A DNA stretch of 64,000 nt from Octopus vulgaris (lineage: Eukaryota): contig OX597814.1 in the NCBI GenBank assembly GCA_951406725.2, forward strand, positions 26,350,001 to 26,414,000. Direction: 5' to 3'. The position numbers and the translations under genes were made by a program. Positions 57,731 to 64,000 of the stretch are shown in pieces (within the stretch, counting starts at the first letter, position 1; each line of letters opens with the position of its first letter). Below the pieces are notes generated by a model. It did not search any database. It was given only the letters and a program-made list of their open reading frames with translations, and had not been told where the DNA came from.

Positions 57731-58590
57731 GGGTGATGGATTGGCAGAATCAGCAGAGCATTGCAGTATTCAAATACAGCAATTTATCTGCTAGTATTTA
57801 AATTACTTTTCAGCTTTTTTTATTTTTTTATTTTTGGAGGGTGGGGAACAATAAAATAAATTATCAGCCAAGTATGTGGTTGATATAGTTGACTGTCTCC
57901 TCTTCGTGGATGCTATGGTTGTGTTAGAAATCATTATAATTATCATTATTATCAAAAAAAATCATCACCATCTTATTAATAATAAGTCTTTTAAATTGTG
58001 GCACAAGGCTAACAATTTTTAGGTGAGGAGGGAGTTGATAACCTCAACTACAATACTCAACTGGTACTTTATTTTATTTATCCCAAAAAGATGAAAGGCA
58101 AAGTCAACCTCAGTGGCATTTCAACTCAGAATGCTACTAAACATTTTGTTTGGCATAGTAACAATTATACCAGCTTTCAAACTTAATCAGAATAATCCTT
58201 TCTAATATAGGCTCAAGGCTTGAAATCTTAGAGGAAGGAGCTAGTAGATTACATTGATCCTACTTTGGCAAAATTCAAACACAGAGCATAAAGACAGCAG
58301 AAATGCTACTAAGCATTTTGCTTGGCATGCTTATGATTCTGCCAGCTCACCATCTTACCTTGATGATGATAATGATGATGATGATGATTGATTGCTTGCT
58401 TCTAATTTAAGCACAAGGCCTGCAATTTATTTAGCAGAGTACTAGACTGCTACATTATTTCATTGACCTTAAAAGGATGGAAAGCTAAGTTGACCTCTGC
58501 AAGATTTGAACTCAAAACCTTGAGCTACAACAAATACAGTAAAGCATTTTTTCTGACACCCTAACAATTCTGCCAATTCATCATTAATAT
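57731..58590. mobile_element. Cluster of four SINE family D copies (+ 57731-57945; - 57990-58185, 58195-58355, 58400-58590)
   Basis: cacaaggc..ctggtactttatttt..aaagatgaaaggcaaagtcaacctc..attctgccagctcacc on the minus copies. Confidence 0.7.
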
Positions 58591-58619
58591 TTTATTATTC
58601 AAATGGTGGATGCAGCAAC

Positions 58620-59730
58620 ATGCTATAATGGATATCTGACCTGACCTGGACAAAGTTTACATACATGAGACTAATAACATCATAAGATTTGGAAGGCAGC
58701 TCCTTGAGCAACATTCCTTATCTGATAACCTTATCTGATACCCACAGAAGTTGCATGACTCTACTACAACATATCATCAGATGAAAGGATAAGCATGTAT
58801 GAGTAGAAGACTACACATGGATATGTTAGTAGAAAGCTCCAAGATGATAGTAACATTGATCATCAAAGCTGTCTATCATGGACCAATAGCAGGATTACTA
58901 CCACCCACTTTGAAGAGTATGCATTTGCAATCCAGGAACAAGAAATATCAATTAGATACCTGATGCACAAAAGGGATAGAGATGCAGGAAAAGCAGTAAA
59001 ATATAACAATTGATGCAGAATTTGTGGAGTTAACACCGAAGATATCACCCACATCATAAACAGTAGTCCAAAAATATCATCATGGTATTATCTACCAATG
59101 AGACATGATGTTATTGCTATGACACTATATAATGAAGTCCGTTGGAAGGATAACCCCAAGGACAAAGAAATAAGAACCCACAGTATGACGAAAGCCATAG
59201 CCACTCATAATAAATAGGAGTACTAGTGGTATGTCCCAGTGAAAACCTCAATAAAATGTAAGCACAACAGACCTGATAAAATGATTTGGAATAGAAAAGA
59301 GAAACTGTGTACAGTTGTGGAAATTAGCTGCCCAGCGGCTGTTAACAAAGCTGAAGATCAGTGAAAGAGAGAATACCTACACTGAACTTTTGAGAAATCT
59401 GCAGTTACTCTATCCAGATTACAAGTTCAGGTTTTATACCTGTAATTATTGGGGTCGTGGTATATGTAACACACTGCCTAAATACCAATCTTGAGAAATT
59501 AGGTTTCTCAAAACTAGAAAGGAGAAAGCTAATTCGAAGACTACAGATCCAATCCATCACTGGAACTGTAAAGATCTGCAAAACTTTGCTTAAATTTATC
59601 ATTTAAATATACATGAGCATGTCTTGTCTAGATATGCAACTATATGCATGAGAATACATACATAAAACAAAACATACAAATCTGCAAATATACTTACAAA
59701 CAAACAAAAATACCCTGTTGTTGATGTTGA
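58620..59730 (+). mobile_element. 3' ~1.1 kb of a restriction-like-endonuclease LINE, same family as 2165-2872
   Basis: YAFAIQEQEISIRYL..CRICGVNTEDITHII..YYLPMRHDVIA..KTSIKCKHNRPDKMIW..VVEISCPA..SITGTVKICKTLLKFII* (stop ~59604-59606), multiple stops. Confidence 0.88.
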
Positions 59731-59842
59731 CTTTTGGCCCATTCTATATATATGCATCCACATACACACACACACACAATCACATGCTCCTTTACTCTTC
59801 TACTAGTTTTGGTTTGAGATCCATGGCCATGCTTACTCGTTA

Positions 59843-59955
59843 TGGCATATAACTGGTCAGAATGTTATTGTCAGTTTCATGCCAACTATTTCACTTTAGC
59901 AATATCGATGACACTTCAGGCTGACCATTCTAACATTCTGACCAGTTATATGCCA
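59843..59955. repeat. Perfect 25-bp inverted repeat with 63-bp spacer (MITE-like)
   Basis: tggcatataactggtcagaatgtta (59843-59867) / taacattctgaccagttatatgcca (59931-59955). Confidence 0.85.
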
Positions 59956-60074
59956 CAGCCAGTCATATACCGTTTGATGCTATATAAAATATAACCATTC
60001 TATTATTTGCTTATAAATATTGAATGTGCTTTTTTGTCTAACTTATGAACAACTAACTGATTATATATGCATCA

Positions 60075-60333
60075 AGATATGTGGTACATTGTTGTACTCA
60101 AGAAGATCCACCCACCACAATGGTAATTGAGATCCTAAAACTAGGGTGTCATGTAAAAAGAGTGCAGCACACTCTGTGAAGTGATTGGCATTAGGAAGAG
60201 CATCCAGCAGTAGAAGCCAAGCCAAAACAGATTATGGAACCTGGTGCAGCCCCTGGCCTTGCCAGTTCCTGTCATGCCATTCAACCCATGTCAGCATAAA
60301 AGAAACAGATGATAAATGTTGATGATGATGATG
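60075..60333 (+). mobile_element. Decayed RTE 3' end
   Basis: DMWYIVVLKKIH-like ORF end, ttggcattaggaagagcatccagc, (GAT)n tail. Confidence 0.7.
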
Positions 60334-61106
60334 AAATATGTATGTGTATATATATATATATATATCATACAAGATTATATATAAGCTGATCAGCTACTGA
60401 CTGAAAATTTTTTAATAAATGTTGTATATGTAGGATGATATACTCTTATATGTATGCATGTCAAACATTAATACTTATTATACATAAGCACATACACTAC
60501 ATACACACAAGTAACTCCTTTTGTTTCTGTATTACTAACACATGAAACAATCCTGAAATATACACAACAACATGTGTAAAAAATAAATAAAAAGAATTAA
60601 GTTAAAGGCAAGTTATTGAAAGAATGCCAAATTTCTGATATATTCAATGTTCCAGTTTTAAGTGACAGACAACATACAGACTTTAGTTTCTTGGAATCAA
60701 AATCCATTGTTACCGTTCTAATCCACTTCTGTTGTTTGTTTATATATTTATTTAAATTTTACATTTTTTTAATATTTGCTTAATGTATATGTTTGTATAA
60801 ATGTGTTATAGTAAAGATGTATATGACAGTGTATGTATACATGTGTGTCTGTGTGCATGTGTATACATGTGTATGTCAGTACTTGAGCATCAATGTGAAT
60901 TTTTGGAATGTGTATGTGTATGTGTCTGTGTTCAGTGTGTGCAGATATATACCATTGTGTGTGTATGTGTGTGTAGAAATGTGTTTATATCATTATGTTT
61001 TTACATATGCATATATGTGTGTATTTCTTGATTCCGTTCAAAGGCTAACCACAAAATAGACTCTCCAATGAATTTTGTTTGTCCCTTTTTCTCTATTTAT
61101 TCTTTA

Positions 61107-61171
<65 letters not shown>

Positions 61172-61831
61172 TTTTTGTGTTTGTGTGTGTGTAATGCTTT
61201 AAGAGTGCCAGGTGTAAAATTAAGGACATAAAATGGAAATTAAATAGTCAAGATAATAACTCTGATTTTGATATATGTGAAACTTCAGTATAAATGACCA
61301 CATGTATGTATATTGTGTATTGATGTGTGCATGTATGGTGCGTGTGTGTGTATGTATATGTATGTGTGTGTTAGTGCGAGAATGCGTGTATTTACATATC
61401 TGTTTGATATATTGTGGCTGTTTAGTTCTAGACCGGGCCTAAGTGAATAAATTAACAAACTTATGATTACAGACACCTGTCTACATTATTCAGTGTATCT
61501 TTCCTTTACAAAACTTTAAGGAGTAATTTGAAGAAGATTTAGCTGCTGTTTCTAACAAGCCACTCAACCTGATTATAACACAAGTGTAAAGTGATAGTGA
61601 CTTGTGTGTGTGTGTATGTGCATGCACACGTGCATGTCTGTGTGAATGTCATCATGTGAGTAGATTCATCAGTCTATGTACAATTAGATATATATGTGTA
61701 TGCATGTGAGTCTACAGAATACTGCATTTTTGTGTGTGTATGTGTGCTTCATATTTATGAATGTGCATATGTATGTCTTCTTTGAGCTATATATATATAC
61801 ATGTGTACTAGCATACTCATGTACATATATA

Positions 61832-61865
<34 letters not shown>

Positions 61866-64000
61866 CTTATAGTCTGCATGTATGCACTAATACTTAAGTG
61901 TTGTGTGCATTTGTGTGCACGAGCAAGCATGGAGGAGAACTGTCAAAAAATTTAGCTTTAATTAAAGATAGACTACTACCCTATTTATAAAATGATACCC
62001 AGGCAGCCACACCCTTTTACCTCTGTCACAGCTGAGAAGAGAAGTGGGTGGGTATACAGATTAAAGTCTTTTGACATTTCATTGACAAAGAGGAGGTAAA
62101 CAAAAAACTTGCAGTCCACTGAGTGAAGCTTAGAAGCATAGCGAGAGAGAAAGAGAGCAGGCACAAGGAAAAAGTAAGAGGGAGAATGAGAAGGCAGAGA
62201 GAGGTTTATGTAGGATATGTAGACAGTTAGTCAGAGAGAGAAAATGAGAAATAGAGATGTCAAAGATACAATTGGAGAGAGAGAGGGAGAGATGTAAAGA
62301 GAGTAAAAAATAGATGAGAATGATGGAGACTGAGAGAGAAAGGGATGAGATAGACAGTAAAAAAAGATAGATAGCTGGAGGGAGAGAAAGTTTTGAAGAA
62401 AGAAAACTACTTGAGAGAGAGTAAGACAGGGAAACACACTAAGAGAATATGGAACCTTAAAGAGAGAGGTCAAGAAAAATGGAAAAAAAGAAAGACTGAG
62501 AAAGAGGGAGGTAAGAAATTTGAGGAAGAAAAATTGATAGATTACAAGACTCAGAGAAAGGGAAAGCTTTCCATTTCCTTATTTTTGTTGTTTGATAAAT
62601 AGCTGTCTTGTCTTTTACAGTGGATAGCTTTGAATAGCTTTTGAATAGCTTAGTTCCACAGGCTTCTAGTAGGATCTTCCCATAGATGAGAGCAAACATA
62701 ATAAAATGTCGGAGAAAGGGGGAGAGATTTGAGAAAGAGAGAGATTTGAGTGTGAAATAGAGAAAGAAAGTTTCCCTGCACCAATGGAGTATGTAGAGTC
62801 TACACTTTAATGATGTGTGTATAATTGAGTTTGAAAGTGTTTCTATGTGTTTCTGCGCAGTTGGCTGCGAAGAATACAATAAAAACCAATTAGAAGAAGT
62901 TTAACCAATAGAAAGAATGCTAAAAGGAAACTCTGTTTGAATACTGACTAAAAAGCACTGTTTCCTTCTTTGATGAGTGCCAGTAAATAGACAGTAAACA
63001 TAAAGAAGCCAGTAATATGTTACCCCTTCAAAATACAATGATAAAAAAAAAAAAGAAGTGCTAATAATTCCTCCAGGAATTATTAGCGTATACAGCCTAT
63101 GTATGCATGCAATGTATGTATATCTCTGTATACAATACACAGATACACACACAAACATCTTTGTGTAGACAGGCAAATGGATATTATGTGTACATACATG
63201 TATGTGTGTGTGTATGTATGTCGATAGATAAATAGATAGATAGACAAGCAGATAGAGGTATGTATATATACTATTTACACACATACACACACATATCTGT
63301 ATGTATGTATGTATGTATGTATGTATGCATGCATGCATGTATTCATACATGTATGTGTGTGTGTATATGATAAGGGTAAATTCATTTTACATTTCTTTGA
63401 TTCTTGTATGAATTAGACAGGTCTCACTGTCTCATCTCCTGTTAAGGCTCCAAAAGGATCAGTTACTGTTGGGGAAAGGAAGAATTTGGTTATTTTTGTT
63501 ATTGATGCAATGATAAGAAATTAAGCATTGTGACATGGTTCATTTTGTTCTAAGAATAGGAACAATTCTTGAACTTATTTCCAAATACAAATTTTATAAC
63601 CAAACCTTTTCAATTTGAATTCTAATGAATTAGTAAAGGAATGTTTGTTGAAACCTTTAAGAACATATGAGTTTTCTGGTTGGTAACCCACTCTGGGTTT
63701 TAATTTTTAAATCAGCAGCAAAATTTTGACCCAATAAAAATATTTGGCAATCATTAGCCACTTGGAACACTGGTTACAATATTTTCTTTCTTTACAAAGA
63801 AAATTTTATCATGCATTCCAAAATATTCCTGTTTCATCAACATTTATAATTTGTTCATCACCATAACCACCATCTTCATTATTTTTTTTCAATTCAGTGG
63901 AATATCACACTTCACAACCTTAACATTATGGATTCCACATCACACAAGTTTCAGAAAATGTTTTGTTAGTTTCCTCTTCAGTTTCATGTTTTCTTCTTTC

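Noticed and set aside
62620-62905. Two good-looking acceptors (cttttacag, ttctgcgcag) as the next exon
   Set aside because: Both hit stops within 6 and 15 codons in the phase-1 frame and have no clear donor.

Overview
This is AT-rich eukaryotic DNA saturated with microsatellites. The SINE/LINE repertoire and the (TA)n/(CA)n/(TATG)n load suggest a coleoid cephalopod, probably Octopus (inference from repeat content). Almost all listed ORFs are simple-repeat artefacts. The one supportable host gene is on the + strand: a uORF-rich, CAG-containing 5'UTR exon (~9740-10080), a 7.75 kb intron, a signal-peptide exon (17834-17999, ATG 17843, phase-1 donor), then an intron that apparently runs >46 kb off the window. 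It probably encodes a secreted or cell-surface protein, but its identity cannot be determined here. The rest is TE debris: three tRNA-like SINE families, one unclassified repeat family, RTE LINE fragments, restriction-like-endonuclease (R4/Dong-like) LINE ends, an L1/Tx1-like end, two Tc1/mariner relics, a possible Helitron end and Penelope-like termini. The most interesting signals are RNA-structural: a tandem array of candidate H-type pseudoknots in the RTE 3'UTR, two minimal hammerhead-ribozyme-like motifs, inverted SINE pairs and perfect hairpins in the intron, and a chain of same-frame uORFs whose last member is created by splicing.
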